Shown: positions 9,760-21,674 of the stretch, piece by piece | Position numbering within the stretch: the first letter of the stretch is position 1 | Layout of the letters: every line of letters begins with the position of its first letter | Origin: an uncultured delta proteobacterium | GTDB lineage: Bacteria; Myxococcota_A; Polyangia; Haliangiales; Haliangiaceae | Direction of reading: 5' to 3' | NCBI GenBank assembly: GCA_963848295.1 | Contig: CAWKDB010000010.1 | Coordinates: 4,288,001 to 4,352,000, forward strand | DNA length: 64,000 nt | Position numbers and translations under genes: made by a program | The notes under the pieces: model-generated | The model's database searches: none | What the model saw: the letters and a program-made list of their open reading frames with translations, nothing else | Told to the model about the DNA's origin: nothing

Positions 9760-11766
9760 ATGCGCGTCGATCGAACCGCACTGCCCTTCGGCAGTGGGTC
9801 CGTGCATGCCGGCCTCGTTCTGGTGTGCGTGGCGCTATGCACCACCGCCGCCTACGCCGATCCTGCGATTCATGCAGGGCCTCAGCCGGCGCCACCGGTC
9901 CATGTGGCCGATCCCTCGCTGCCGCAGCAGCTCGATGGCCGCGGCGCCGTGCGAGGCTGTCCGGTTGGTGAGACCTGCGTCCGGCCCTCCGATGCGTTGC
10001 GCGAGGTCGAGCTCGAGATGTTTCCACGGCCCGGCGCCGATCCTTGGATCGACGAACGGACCGCGCCGGGCAGTCGGCTCGAGTCGCGCCCCGCGCGCAA
10101 GATCACCAAGCCGTCCGAGCTGCGCCCCGATGCGCCGTGGCTCGATCAGCTCGCGATGCCCGATCTACCGGTGACCTGGACGCAGCGGCTCGCCGACTAC
10201 CTCGTGTTCTACAAAGACGATCCGCGCGGTCACGCGATCATGCAGAGCTGGCTCGAAGCGCAGGGCCGCTATCGCGACATGATCGTGCACCACCTGCACG
10301 ACGCGCATCTTCCGGAGGACTTGCTGTACGACTCGATGATCGAGTCGTCGTACGACCCGGGCGATTCTTCGTCCGCGGGCGCGCTCGGGATCTGGCAGTT
10401 CATGCCCGAGGGCGGGCGGATCTACGGGCTGCGCGAAGATCGCTGGGTCGACGAGCGGCGCGATCCGCTGCGCTCGACGATCGCGGTGGTCGACTACTGG
10501 AAGGATCTCTATCAACGGTTCGGCGACTGGCAGCTCGCGCTCGCCGCGTTCAACGTCGGCTACGGCGCGATGTTGCATTCGATCGCGCGCTACAACACGA
10601 ACGACTACTACCAGCTGTGCCAGCTCGAGAACGCGCTGCCGTGGGAGACGTGCCTGTACACGCCGAAGGTGCTCGCGGCGGCGATCGTCGGCCACAACCG
10701 CAAGCTGTTCGGCTTCGATCAGGTCGTGGAGTCGCCGCCCGAAACGTGGGACGAGGTCGTGGTGCCGACGTCGGTGTCGCTCGCCGTGATCGCCCGCGCA
10801 GCGGGCGCGAGCGAAGCGGATGTCAAACGGCTCAACCCGCAGCTGCGCCACGGCCGGACCCCACCGGGCGAGGCCGGCTATGTCGTCCGCGTTCCCGCCG
10901 GTGCGAAGGCGGAGTTTCAGCGCAAGCTCGTCGAGCTCGAGAGCGAGTGGAACGGCTACGACGCGTACGTGCTCGGGCACGGCGAGCGGTTCGAGGATGT
11001 CGCGACGACGTACGGGATCTCGACCGCGCAGCTGCGCAAGCTCAACGACGTCGCGCGCGACGCCGAGGTCGATGGCGGCACGGTGCTCGTCGTGCCGCGG
11101 ATCACCGCCGAGGCTCGCGACAAGAACCGCGCGAAGGCAAACGCGAAGTTGCTCGGCTCGGGCGTCGATCAGAAAGACGGCGAGCGGCTGATCGTCGCGG
11201 TGCCGGACAAAGACGCGCACGTCGCGGGCAAGCGCCGCGTGTTCTATCGCGTCGTCGCCGGCGACACGCTCGCGGGCATCGCGAAGGCGTTCGACACGAG
11301 CGGCCGCGAGCTCGTCGAGTGGAACGCGATCGATCCCGACGCGAAGCTCCACCCGCGCATGGTGCTCGCGCTCTGGGTCGCGCCGGACTTCGATCCGGCC
11401 GCGCACCACTGCGACTTGCTCGACGACGACCAAGTCATCGTCGTCACCCGCGGCTCGGTGGAGCACCTCGATCTCGCAGAGCAGCGAACCGGTCGGGTCC
11501 GCACCGAGTACGTCGCCAAGGGCAAAGAGAAGCTCGCCGACGTCGCGAAGCAGTTCGGGATGGGCTCGCACGACCTCGCGCGGATCAACCAGATCTCGTA
11601 CGACACCGTGCTCGACAAGGGCCAGACGATCGTCGTGTACCAGGTCGCCGATCCGAAGCGCTCGGCACGCGCCAGCGAGCAGTGGAAGAAGACCCCGCGC
11701 GCTCGTCGCGGGAAAGTCGCCGCAGTGCCGGCAGGCCCGGTGACGCGCCCGGCGGATGTCGAGTAG
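9760..11766 (+). CDS. Lytic murein transglycosylase (SLT domain) with multiple LysM domains, MltD-like
   Basis: MIESSY...[25 protein letters not shown] and ETCLYTPK motifs; Lys[17 protein letters not shown]. Start uncertain (9724/9760/9802). Confidence 0.9.
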   Translation: MRVDRTALPFGSGSVHAGLVLVCVALCTTAAYADPAIHAGPQPAPPVHVADPSLPQQLDGRGAVRGCPVGETCVRPSDALREVELEMFPRPGADPWIDERTAPGSRLESRPARKITKPSELRPDAPWLDQLAMPDLPVTWTQRLADYLVFYKDDPRGHAIMQSWLEAQGRYRDMIVHHLHDAHLPEDLLYDSMIESSYDPGDSSSAGALGIWQFMPEGGRIYGLREDRWVDERRDPLRSTIAVVDYWKDLYQRFGDWQLALAAFNVGYGAMLHSIARYNTNDYYQLCQLENALPWETCLYTPKVLAAAIVGHNRKLFGFDQVVESPPETWDEVVVPTSVSLAVIARAAGASEADVKRLNPQLRHGRTPPGEAGYVVRVPAGAKAEFQRKLVELESEWNGYDAYVLGHGERFEDVATTYGISTAQLRKLNDVARDAEVDGGTVLVVPRITAEARDKNRAKANAKLLGSGVDQKDGERLIVAVPDKDAHVAGKRRVFYRVVAGDTLAGIAKAFDTSGRELVEWNAIDPDAKLHPRMVLALWVAPDFDPAAHHCDLLDDDQVIVVTRGSVEHLDLAEQRTGRVRTEYVAKGKEKLADVAKQFGMGSHDLARINQISYDTVLDKGQTIVVYQVADPKRSARASEQWKKTPRARRGKVAAVPAGPVTRPADVE

Positions 11767-11775
11767 GATCGACCG

Positions 11776-12144
11776 ATGTCGAGACTGACCCTGCTTGCAA
11801 TCGTCTTCGCCGCGTGTGGTGGTGGCGGCGCCGCCGCGATCGATGCTCCGCCGCAGGTCTCCACGCTCGTCGATGTCGACTGCACCTCGATCGCGCCGAC
11901 CGCGACGATCACGACGAACGACGCGACGATGACCTACGCGGGCAGCCCCGCGACGATCAACATGGGTCAGGTCGTCCAGTTCACGACGTCGGCGAACCAC
12001 GACGTCACCCCGAACACGACCGGCAGCGATCCGAAGCTCAGCGTCGATTTCTCGACGACGAAGTGCAAGATGTTCACGTCGACCGGCACGTACGGCTTCC
12101 ATTGTTCGGTCCACGGCTTCACCGGCAGCGTCACCGTTCAGTAG
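11776..12144 (+). CDS. Cupredoxin lipoprotein, paralogue of 8956..9333
   Basis: Lipobox FAAC; HDVTPNTTGSDP; FHCSVHGFTGSVTVQ. Confidence 0.88.
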   Translation: MSRLTLLAIVFAACGGGGAAAIDAPPQVSTLVDVDCTSIAPTATITTNDATMTYAGSPATINMGQVVQFTTSANHDVTPNTTGSDPKLSVDFSTTKCKMFTSTGTYGFHCSVHGFTGSVTVQ

Positions 12145-12146
12145 GC

Positions 12147-13141
12147 CTACCTCTTGCGCGCGACGAACCGTTGGAGCTTCGCGCGATTCTCGCCCCAGTC
12201 CGGCACACCGTCGACGATCTCGTCGCGCACGATGTCCCAACCGCCGGCGAACTGCTTCGCGAGCGCGCCCGGCGCCGGGGCGCCATTGTCGTCGCCGTCG
12301 GCGGGATCGGGCGCGAAGTACTCGTAGATCACGAGCCCGCCGCGCTTCACCGAGCGCTGGATATCTGCGATCCGCTTCTGTGCCGAAGGTGCGTAGATCA
12401 GCGTGACGAGATCCCATCGGTCGATGCCGAAGTCGAACGTGCCGATGTCGCCGTCGATCAAGTCGAGCGCGAGTGAGCGCGCTCGCGCCTGGGCGCGCGC
12501 TTGGCCGAGCGCCTCGTCCGAGACGTCGATGCCGGTGACGTTCCAGCCGTGTGCCGCGAGGTACAACGCGTTGCGGCCCTGGCCTGTCGCGACGTCGAGA
12601 GCGGCGCCAGGGGGAGCTCGTGCTCGGCGGTCGACACGAGCAGGCGATTGGGCTCGTGGTCGAACCCGACCCCGTTGTGAAAGATCTGATTCCACTCCGC
12701 ACTCGCCGGCGGCGCACCGGCGATCTTCCAGCTCCAGTACACGAGCTTCCACGAGCCGGCTTCGCGCGCCCATCCAAGCGTGTACCAGCCGTCGTAGATG
12801 ACGCCGCCGCCGTGGACCTCGTTTCCCGCGTTTTGCTCGCGCGCCTTGCCGATGAACGTCGCCGAGCTCTCTCCGATGAACGTGCGTTCGTCGCTCCACG
12901 TCCGACTCGCAATCTGCGATGGCCCGGGCTTGCGCTTCGCGAGCCGCGCGAGCTCGTCGTCGCGGTCGCGGATCTCGGTCTCGTAGTGGACGAAGCCACG
13001 GCCGAGGATCGGGCGGACGGTCGCGAGCTCGCCGCGGTCGAACGCCTCGAGCACCGCATGGCTGTTGGCAACGAGCGTCTTCGCTGGCGGCGCTCCGGTC
13101 GCACAGCCACTCGCGATCGCGCTGATCAAGATGCCTCGCAC
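12147..13141 (-). CDS. Exported SnoaL/DUF4440-like domain fused to a class I SAM methyltransferase (frameshift at 12610-12614)
   Basis: N-part is NTF2-like and ends GSWKLVYWSW; C-part ALDVATGQGRNALYLAAHGWNVTGIDVS lies in another frame. The frames join if one C is added to a C5 run. Confidence 0.8.
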
Positions 13142-13194
13142 CCCGGGTCTACCGGGCGCACGCACTCTGTATTCCGGCGCGACGACGTCCGCGG

Positions 13195-13719
13195 TCAAGC
13201 GCGCGAGCGGACGATGCGTTCGACCATCGCGGCGACGCCGAGCGCGCCCGAGATGATCGCGACCGGCGGCGCGACCGCGGGCGCGAGCGCGATGACGCCG
13301 AGCCCGATCAGCTCGACAACCGTCGCGGTCTTGCCGAGCCGAGACGCGCGCAGCCGGCCGAGCCGCGCTCGGAACGCGGGCGACATGCCGTAGGCGATCG
13401 CGAGCGGGAGTTGCAACAGCTCGCGCGCGGCGAGGAGCGCGAGCCACGGTGCCAGGTCCGGGGCGTGGGCGACGAACACGCCGATCGCGCTCGCGACGAA
13501 CAGCTTGTCGGCCAGCGGATCGAGCCAGTCACCGGGCGATGGCGCATCGAGGGCGACCCCCGCGCGACGGCGAGCGCGCCGCGCGACCTTGCCATCGAGC
13601 GCGTCGGTCAGCGCGGCGAGTGCGACGATCGCCGCGATCGACCACGGTGTTCGATACGCGAACCACAGCGCGGCGGCGAGCGGAAGGCGAGCCAGGGTCA
13701 ACGCGTGGGCGAACCACAA
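13195..13719 (-). CDS. CDP-alcohol phosphatidyltransferase family protein
   Basis: AHALTLARL; TDALDGKVARR...GDWLDPLADK motif; TTG start right after the upstream stop. Confidence 0.85.
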   Translation of the reverse strand: MWFAHALTLARLPLAAALWFAYRTPWSIAAIVALAALTDALDGKVARRARRRAGVALDAPSPGDWLDPLADKLFVASAIGVFVAHAPDLAPWLALLAARELLQLPLAIAYGMSPAFRARLGRLRASRLGKTATVVELIGLGVIALAPAVAPPVAIISGALGVAAMVERIVRSRA

Positions 13720-13721
13720 AG

Positions 13722-14711
13722 CTAGAAGTCGAAGCCGGCGGACATCGCGAGTGTGCGCTGCGCCTTCGCGCCGTCCTTCGAATCGCAGTTCGTCGTGTCG
13801 ATCCCGGGCGTGCACATCGTGCTCGTGCCGGTGCGGTCGTCGACCGACGTGCCGGCGAGTGCGAACTGCGCTTCGATCGTCAGCTGAAACACGTAGTACT
13901 GGAACTTCGCGCCGACGAAGAACCGCTGGCGCAAGATGTTCGCTTGGTCCTTGAACACGAAGTTGTTGAGCGCGGCGTTCGCGTTGCCAGGCGATTGCGG
14001 GTCTTCGTTTTGGGTCGGATCGACGACGTCGGAGCGCGGGATGATGAACAGCACGTTCCAACCCGCATAGGGATCGAACCGCCAGGTGCCGCCGACGCCG
14101 ACGTGCTTCGACACGTCGATATCGAACGACGCGACCGTCAGATCGAGGTCGCGCTGGTTCATCATCCGCGACACCGAGCCGCGCGCCGAGACGCTCGGGA
14201 TCGGGAGGTCGTGATAGCCCTCGTTCAGGCCGATCTTCGTGTAGAGCTGGCCGGTCCAGATGTGCGAGTCGATCAGGTGGGTCGCGCCGGCGCCGACCTC
14301 GAACGACGGCACCGGGAACCACAGGCCCTTGCGCACGAAGAAGCCCGCGGTGCGCAGCATGCCAGGGCCGTTGACGCCGCCGGTCGTGCTGTTCGGATCG
14401 GAGCTGCCCTCGAGCACGCGCCAGTACGGCGCCGATTGATCGATCGTCGTCTCGCTGAGATCGGCGGTGAACTGAAAGCCCGAGAACCCGAGCGTGTCGG
14501 CGGGCGTCATCAGGTGCGGCGCGAGCACGACGCCGAGCTGCGACGCGAGCTCGCGGAACTCGAGGTTGTCGCCGATGTACGACGTCATCCCGTTCGCCGT
14601 GACCTTGGTAGCGAGCCGCGACAGCACGATGTCGTTGCTGTCCGCCGCCGCGATGTTCGCGACGAGACTTACGCCTAGCGCCATCGCCAGCGCGTGTGCG
14701 CGTCGTCGCAT
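13722..14711 (-). CDS. Probable outer-membrane beta-barrel protein
   Basis: Signal peptide, amphipathic beta strands, C-terminal MSAGFDF. Confidence 0.7.
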   Translation of the reverse strand: MRRRAHALAMALGVSLVANIAAADSNDIVLSRLATKVTANGMTSYIGDNLEFRELASQLGVVLAPHLMTPADTLGFSGFQFTADLSETTIDQSAPYWRVLEGSSDPNSTTGGVNGPGMLRTAGFFVRKGLWFPVPSFEVGAGATHLIDSHIWTGQLYTKIGLNEGYHDLPIPSVSARGSVSRMMNQRDLDLTVASFDIDVSKHVGVGGTWRFDPYAGWNVLFIIPRSDVVDPTQNEDPQSPGNANAALNNFVFKDQANILRQRFFVGAKFQYYVFQLTIEAQFALAGTSVDDRTGTSTMCTPGIDTTNCDSKDGAKAQRTLAMSAGFDF

Positions 14712-14744
14712 CGCCGTTAGCGTAGGCCCCGTCGCTGGCGGGTG

Positions 14745-15374
14745 TCAATCGTTGGAGAACACGAGCGGGTACGTGACGTCGATCCGGTCGCCCTCGGCGA
14801 GCGGCGGCAGCTCGAGCTGCTGGAGCGTGTCGCGCAAGCAGCTATCGAGCTCGTCGGGCAGCGCCTTGTCGGCGACGTCGTCGTGCAGCTGGTCGGCATC
14901 GATCAGCGTGCCGATGTCGGGATCGCCGGTCAACCGGAGGTGGGCCGCGACTTCCAGGTGACTGTTCGCCAGCTTCGGCAGCGCCTTCGTGTAGCACTCG
15001 GCGAGCAGTGGCAAGGCCTCGCGCATCGCGTCGCGCAGCGGGGTCACGATCGTCTGCGCGTCCGCGGTCGGCAGCGTGGGCTTCGCGCTCGACGGCGCGG
15101 GCGGCGAGGGCGCGGGGTCTGCTGCCGGCGCGGGAGCTGCGGCGTGGCGCGCTTTCGTCGCAGCGGCGATCGCGCTCGCGACTTCCCGCCGTTCGTCGGC
15201 GGTCGCTAGCCGGGTGACGTGACGCAGTGGATGCGGGACCTGCTTGGCCGGCGGTGGCTCGCTGCCCGGCGCGTTCGCGATGTCGGCGCGCGCGCTCGAA
15301 CGCTGCGCGAGGTAGACGAGCACTGCGAGCGCGACCAGCGCCGCGATCACGCCACCGATCACGAGCCGCTTCAT
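14745..15374 (-). CDS. Membrane-anchored protein with an AgmX/PglI (TonB-C-like) C-terminal domain
   Basis: N-terminal TM helix, Pro-rich linker, then ECY..AL...C...LELPP...VTYPLVF. Confidence 0.7.
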   Translation of the reverse strand: MKRLVIGGVIAALVALAVLVYLAQRSSARADIANAPGSEPPPAKQVPHPLRHVTRLATADERREVASAIAAATKARHAAAPAPAADPAPSPPAPSSAKPTLPTADAQTIVTPLRDAMREALPLLAECYTKALPKLANSHLEVAAHLRLTGDPDIGTLIDADQLHDDVADKALPDELDSCLRDTLQQLELPPLAEGDRIDVTYPLVFSND

Positions 15375-15428
15375 GCGGGCGAGACAACGCGCGTGGTCAT
15401 CGGGTTGCATGTTATTACACGTCCGGCC

Positions 15429-16181
15429 ATGGCCGAACACGCCACGATCCTCGTCGACGACACCGGGCCGGTCGCGCGGATCACGCTGAACCGCCCGGAC
15501 AAGCGCAACCCGATCGGGCCCGGCACCTGCGGCGAGCTGGTCGCGGCCTTTGCTGCGATCAAGGCGAACGTCATCGTGTTGACCGGCGCGGGGCCCGTGT
15601 TCTCGGCCGGCGGCGATCTCTCGGCGATGCAGCAACCTGCCGCCAGATCCGCGAGCTTGGTCGAGCTGTTCACGACGATGCACGCGCTCGGCAAGCCGAT
15701 CATCGCGATGGTCAACGGCCCGGCGCTCGCGGGCGGGCTCGGGCTGATGGTCGCGTGCGATCTCGTGATCGCGGCCGACACCGCGAGCTTCGGCACGACC
15801 GAGATCAAGGTCGGGCTGTGGCCGATGATGATCACCGCGGAGCTGACGCGCTCGGTCGGGCGCAAGAAGACGCTCGACATGATGTTGACCGGACGCAAGC
15901 TCGACGCCGCCGAGGCGCTCGCCTCGGGCCTCGTCAATCGCGTCGTGCCGGCCGCGAACCTCGAAGCCGAGACGATGCAGCTCGCGAACGAGCTCGCCGC
16001 CCGCAGCCCGGCGGCGCTCGCGCTCGGCTTGCGCGCGTTCTATCGCTCGCAGGACATGGAGCACGAGCCACAGCTGCGATTCCTCGAGGCGGAGCTCGGC
16101 CGCGTGCTCGCGCTCGAAGATGCCGCCGAGGGCATCGCGGCGTTCCTTGGCAAGCGCGATCCGGTGTGGAAAGGTCGTTGA
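15429..16181 (+). CDS. Enoyl-CoA hydratase/isomerase (crotonase family)
   Basis: ITLNRPDKRN, FSAGGDL, KPIIAMVNG.ALAGG and FGTTEIKVGL motifs. Confidence 0.92.
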   Translation: MAEHATILVDDTGPVARITLNRPDKRNPIGPGTCGELVAAFAAIKANVIVLTGAGPVFSAGGDLSAMQQPAARSASLVELFTTMHALGKPIIAMVNGPALAGGLGLMVACDLVIAADTASFGTTEIKVGLWPMMITAELTRSVGRKKTLDMMLTGRKLDAAEALASGLVNRVVPAANLEAETMQLANELAARSPAALALGLRAFYRSQDMEHEPQLRFLEAELGRVLALEDAAEGIAAFLGKRDPVWKGR

Positions 16182-16544
16182 GTGCACGTCGTCGGCATCG
16201 ATCACGTCCAGCTCGCGATGCCGCCGGGCGGCGAAGCCGAAGCGCGCCGGTTCTACGGCGAAGTGCTCGGGTTCGTCGAAGTCGCCAAGCCCGAGGCGAT
16301 GCGCGCGCGGGGTGGCTTGTGGTTTCAGGCGGGGCCGGTCGGCATTCATCTCGGGCTCGAGCCCGACATGCGCCCGTCGCTGAAGGCGCACCCGGGGTTG
16401 CTCGTCCGCGATCTCGCCGACGTCGTCGCGCAGCTCACCACCGCCGGTTGTGCGTGGAAGCCCGACGATGGCCAGCCGGGCGTCGCACGCGGCCATACGC
16501 TCGACCCGTTCGGCAACCGCATCGAGCTGATCGACGCACCGTAG
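16182..16544 (+). CDS. VOC/glyoxalase family protein
   Basis: IDHVQLAMP..EARRFYGEVLG; DPFGNRIEL. Confidence 0.9.
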   Translation: MHVVGIDHVQLAMPPGGEAEARRFYGEVLGFVEVAKPEAMRARGGLWFQAGPVGIHLGLEPDMRPSLKAHPGLLVRDLADVVAQLTTAGCAWKPDDGQPGVARGHTLDPFGNRIELIDAP

Positions 16545-16657
16545 TCCGATGTAGGCGGCGCTCCCCGGAATCTCTCGGTACCGCGCGGTCTCGGGCGCGG
16601 TCGCGACCCGGGCAGTCGAGGTACCGCCCCGCGACGAGGAATCGCCAGGTTAGCAGT

Positions 16658-16673
16658 CGGCAAGCAAGTTGCT
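16658..16673 (+). promoter_or_regulatory. Putative sigma54 -24/-12 promoter
   Basis: CGGCAAGCAAGTTGCT (GG-N10-GC, with TTGC) upstream of the RBS GAGGAG and ATG 16725. Confidence 0.55.
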
Positions 16674-16724
16674 CTAGTCAAGGTCACCCCGCCAACCTAA
16701 CTCGGTGGGAGAGGAGCTTTCGCC

Positions 16725-17507
16725 ATGCGTCTCGCACTCATCGCCTTACTCGGTTCGTCGCTCGTTACGGGTTGCATCAAGAAGGACGACGGCGACGAGG
16801 ATAGCGCCGCGAGCGCGGTCGACTCGTCCGACGGCGTGTCCGCTGAGGGCAACACGATGATGGCGGCGATCGATGGATCGGACATGACGTCGCTCGGCGC
16901 GGTGACCTCGGAGCAAGTGACCGCGGCGATCGTCGCGAACGTCGCGTTGCGCTGGACGCCGAGCACGTGTGCGACCGTCACCAGCTCGGGCGATGACATC
17001 GCGATCAAATACAACGACTGCACAGGCCCGCGCGGCCTCGTCCACGTCACCGGCGAGCTCGATCTCGCGGTCTCGGTCTCGCTCGCAGGTGTGATCACCG
17101 TGCACGGCACCGCGACGGACCTCCAGGTCAACAACGCGGTGCTGACGATCGATGCCGATGCGACCTACGCGGTGAGCGGCACCGACCACACGCTGACCGT
17201 GATGACGACGGGATCGGGCACCGGGCCGCGCGGCACCGCGATCGATCACGACGGCAACTACACGGTCACGTGGGACACGACCTCGCAGTGCGGTTCGATC
17301 GACGGCACGTGGTCGACCGAGATCGGCTCGGCCGATCGCGGCAATGACGTGAACCTATCGAAGTGCGTGGGCTCGTGCCCGACCGGCACGCTGACCCACA
17401 ACTTCCTCGCGGGGGCATCGTTGACCGTCACGTTCGACGGCAGCGACGTCGCGACCTGGTCGGCCTCGACCGGCGCGAGTGGCTCGGTCACGTTGACTTG
17501 TAATTAG
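16725..17507 (+). CDS. Beta-rich hypothetical lipoprotein
   Basis: Lipobox LVTGC; Thr/Asp/Gly-rich with paired cysteines; good RBS. Confidence 0.8.
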   Translation: MRLALIALLGSSLVTGCIKKDDGDEDSAASAVDSSDGVSAEGNTMMAAIDGSDMTSLGAVTSEQVTAAIVANVALRWTPSTCATVTSSGDDIAIKYNDCTGPRGLVHVTGELDLAVSVSLAGVITVHGTATDLQVNNAVLTIDADATYAVSGTDHTLTVMTTGSGTGPRGTAIDHDGNYTVTWDTTSQCGSIDGTWSTEIGSADRGNDVNLSKCVGSCPTGTLTHNFLAGASLTVTFDGSDVATWSASTGASGSVTLTCN

Positions 17508-17526
17508 CTCTGATTGCACGGCGGTG

Positions 17527-17550
17527 AAACGCGCCCGCTCGGGCGCGTTT
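17527..17550. terminator. Possible bidirectional terminator hairpin
   Basis: aaacgcgccc-gctc-gggcgcgttt perfect inverted repeat between convergent genes. Confidence 0.55.
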
Positions 17551-17577
17551 GGCGTTTCGGGTGACGCGCACACCCCG

Positions 17578-19149
17578 CTAGTGCGCGCCGCACGCGTTCG
17601 CGTCGCCGAGCTCGCAGGCGTGCTTGCACGCGGCCTCGGTGTCGGCGTCGTGGGTCTCGACGAGCGCCTTGCACAGCGCGCTCTGCGCCTCGGCCCAGTC
17701 GGGATCGATCTCGAGCGCGTGGCGCAAGCTGACGATCGCATCGCTCGCCGGTTGCCTCGCCGCGCGTTGCAGCCAGCCGCGCGCGGTCGTCGGCGATCCG
17801 GACGGCACGTTCGGGAGCTCGACCACCGCGTCGTGCTTGTCGAACGCGTTCACCACGTGGCCGAACAGTGAGAACCCCTGGCGGACCAGCTCGCGGTCCT
17901 GCGCGCGCTCGAACGCGGCCTTGTCTTGCTCGGTCGCGCTCGGAGGCGCGTACGTGCCGCGGTCGGCCCATGGATCGGGCGCGGTGCCGGGCATCGCGGC
18001 AAAGGCGATCGCCGCGCCGGCGAGACAGCCGACGATCGCGATCGCGAGCCACTTCCACCGCGGGCTGCGCGCCGGCAGGCCGGTCGCCGGCATCGCGATC
18101 GCGCCGGGCCGCGCGGTGGCCGCTTCGGCGTACGCGACGAGCTCGAGCATGCGCGGGTGCTCCGGCGCGTAGGCCAGCCCGCGATCGCAGTAGGCGAGGG
18201 CGACGAACGGCTTGGCCGCGGCGAGCGCATCGCACGCGAGCCGATCGAGGCGGCGAATCCGAAATGGCGCGACGCGCGCTTGGTAGCCGACGGGATCGGC
18301 GACGGCCGCGGCACGCTCGGTCGTGACGTCGTCGGTCCAATCGATCAGTTGCGTGATCGCCGCGTCGAGCGCGGCGGCGGTCGGGCGCTTGCTCGGATCG
18401 AGTGCGAGACAGCTCGCCACGACGTCGGCGAGCTCGGCGCCACACCGGCGATCGGCGGCGTCGAGTCGAGAGCACGTCGCGAGCAACACCGCGGCGGCTT
18501 CCTCGCTCGGCCGCGCGCGCTGAAACGGCCGTTTCCCGGCGATCCACTCGTAGAGGATCACGCCGAGCGCCCAGATATCAGCGGCGGCGTCGACGGTGCG
18601 ACCTTCGATCTGCTCCGGCGCCATGTAGCCGACCGAGCCGACCGTCGTGCCGGTATCGGTGTGATGCGTCATGCCGTCGCTCCACGCGAGGCCGAGATCG
18701 ATCACGGTGATCACGCCATCGGGCGACGCGATCGCGTTCTCCGGCTTGAGATCGCGATGGACATAGCCGGCGGCGTGCAGCGCGGCGGTCGCGGCGACGA
18801 TCGGTTGCAACAACAGGATCGCGGCCTCCGGGCACAACGCTCGCCCCGCGCACAGCGCGCGCAAGTTCGTGCCGGCGAGGAGCGGCAACACGAGGTACGG
18901 ACCGAGCTCGGCGTCGAAGCCGTGATCGACGAGCACTACCAGGTTTGGATGAGCGATCTGACCGAGCGCGGCGATCTCGCGATCGAAGCGCGCATGCGCC
19001 GCGTCATCGATGTCGATCGCGGGCGCGAGGACCTTGACCGCGACCGCGCCGGCCGGCCCGATCGCGCGAAAGACCTGCCCGCTGCCCCCCTCGCCGATCC
19101 GCTCTTGGAGCTGATATGGACCCAGCGCGATCGATGCGGGCTTGTGCAC
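17578..19149 (-). CDS. Ser/Thr protein kinase with TM helix and C-terminal TPR/Sel1-like region
   Basis: IGEGGSGQVF, VAVKVL, HRDLKPEN, DLG and GSVGYMAPEQ motifs; ends CKHACELGDANAC. Confidence 0.9.
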   Translation of the reverse strand: MHKPASIALGPYQLQERIGEGGSGQVFRAIGPAGAVAVKVLAPAIDIDDAAHARFDREIAALGQIAHPNLVVLVDHGFDAELGPYLVLPLLAGTNLRALCAGRALCPEAAILLLQPIVAATAALHAAGYVHRDLKPENAIASPDGVITVIDLGLAWSDGMTHHTDTGTTVGSVGYMAPEQIEGRTVDAAADIWALGVILYEWIAGKRPFQRARPSEEAAAVLLATCSRLDAADRRCGAELADVVASCLALDPSKRPTAAALDAAITQLIDWTDDVTTERAAAVADPVGYQARVAPFRIRRLDRLACDALAAAKPFVALAYCDRGLAYAPEHPRMLELVAYAEAATARPGAIAMPATGLPARSPRWKWLAIAIVGCLAGAAIAFAAMPGTAPDPWADRGTYAPPSATEQDKAAFERAQDRELVRQGFSLFGHVVNAFDKHDAVVELPNVPSGSPTTARGWLQRAARQPASDAIVSLRHALEIDPDWAEAQSALCKALVETHDADTEAACKHACELGDANACGAH

Positions 19150-19219
19150 GGCTCGCAGCGGTTATCGTCTGCGCCGGCCACGCCTGCAAGCCCCGAAATC
19201 GTGCCGTCCGGTCCGGCGG

Positions 19220-19711
19220 TTACCGGGCGGCCCGCGCGGCCGAGGCGATCGCCGAGAGTCCGCCCTGACCGCGCGTCTTGGCGCCCGCGACCGCCCCGCC
19301 GATGCCGGCGACGATCGTCTCGAGGAACACGATCGCGGCGATGAATAACCCCAGGGTGTGGCCCATCTGCGCCCCGGCCTCCGAAAGTTGCGCGTGGGCG
19401 GCGCCGCCCGAGACCGCGTCGCCCATCACCGTCGTCGCGGTCTTCGTGACGCTCGCGATCAGCACGTAATAGCCGGCGCCCGCGGCCGCTGCCGCGACGA
19501 GGAATGCGGCGATCGCGCCACCGGTGCGCGCGCGCGTCAGGTAGGTCGACAAGAACCCGCCGACCGCGACGATCGCGAAGTAGATCGCTGCCGTCGCTTT
19601 CTGGCCGAGGCCTTGAAGCGCGTAAGACACGCCGATGCCGGCGGCGATCGAACCGAATGCGAACAACCAGACGGCGTGACGAGACAACTTGGAATCGGAA
19701 TTGGTGGTCAT
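19220..19711 (-). CDS. Four-TM membrane protein of unknown function
   Basis: Four hydrophobic helices; AAGGAGA RBS. Confidence 0.8.
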   Translation of the reverse strand: MTTNSDSKLSRHAVWLFAFGSIAAGIGVSYALQGLGQKATAAIYFAIVAVGGFLSTYLTRARTGGAIAAFLVAAAAAGAGYYVLIASVTKTATTVMGDAVSGGAAHAQLSEAGAQMGHTLGLFIAAIVFLETIVAGIGGAVAGAKTRGQGGLSAIASAARAAR

Positions 19712-19738
19712 GATTTCTCCTTGGTGACCGCCGGCAAG

Positions 19739-19754
19739 AGCAGCCGCCGTGCCA
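19739..19754 (-). promoter_or_regulatory. sigma54 -24/-12 promoter for the membrane protein/kinase genes
   Basis: TGGCACGGCGGCTGCT on the minus strand (GG-N10-GC). Confidence 0.75.
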
Positions 19755-19785
19755 GCGCAACTGCGCGATTGCCGTCACGCCGCCG

Positions 19786-19819
19786 CTGCCAACGATGGCA
19801 GCGCTGCCGGAGATGGCAG
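19786..19819. promoter_or_regulatory. Tandem palindromic enhancer sites (left pair)
   Basis: CTGCCAACGATGGCAG (19786) and CTGCCGGAGATGGCAG (19804), 18-bp period. Confidence 0.7.
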
Positions 19820-19832
19820 TACGATGCGCGCG

Positions 19833-21582
<1,750 letters not shown>

Positions 21583-21590
<8 letters not shown>

Positions 21591-21616
21591 GTTGGCAGCG
21601 TTGCCACGCGTGGCAG
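21583..21616. promoter_or_regulatory. Tandem palindromic enhancer sites (right pair)
   Basis: TTGCCTGAGTTGGCAG (21583) and TTGCCACGCGTGGCAG (21601), 18-bp period. Confidence 0.7.
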
Positions 21617-21646
21617 TCATCGCGACGAGCAGTCGCGGACTTCGCG

Positions 21647-21662
21647 CGGCACGAGCGCTGCA
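21647..21662 (+). promoter_or_regulatory. sigma54 -24/-12 promoter for the small lipoprotein
   Basis: CGGCACGAGCGCTGCA (GG-N10-GC). Confidence 0.7.
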
Positions 21663-21674
21663 CTAGCGGTCGGC

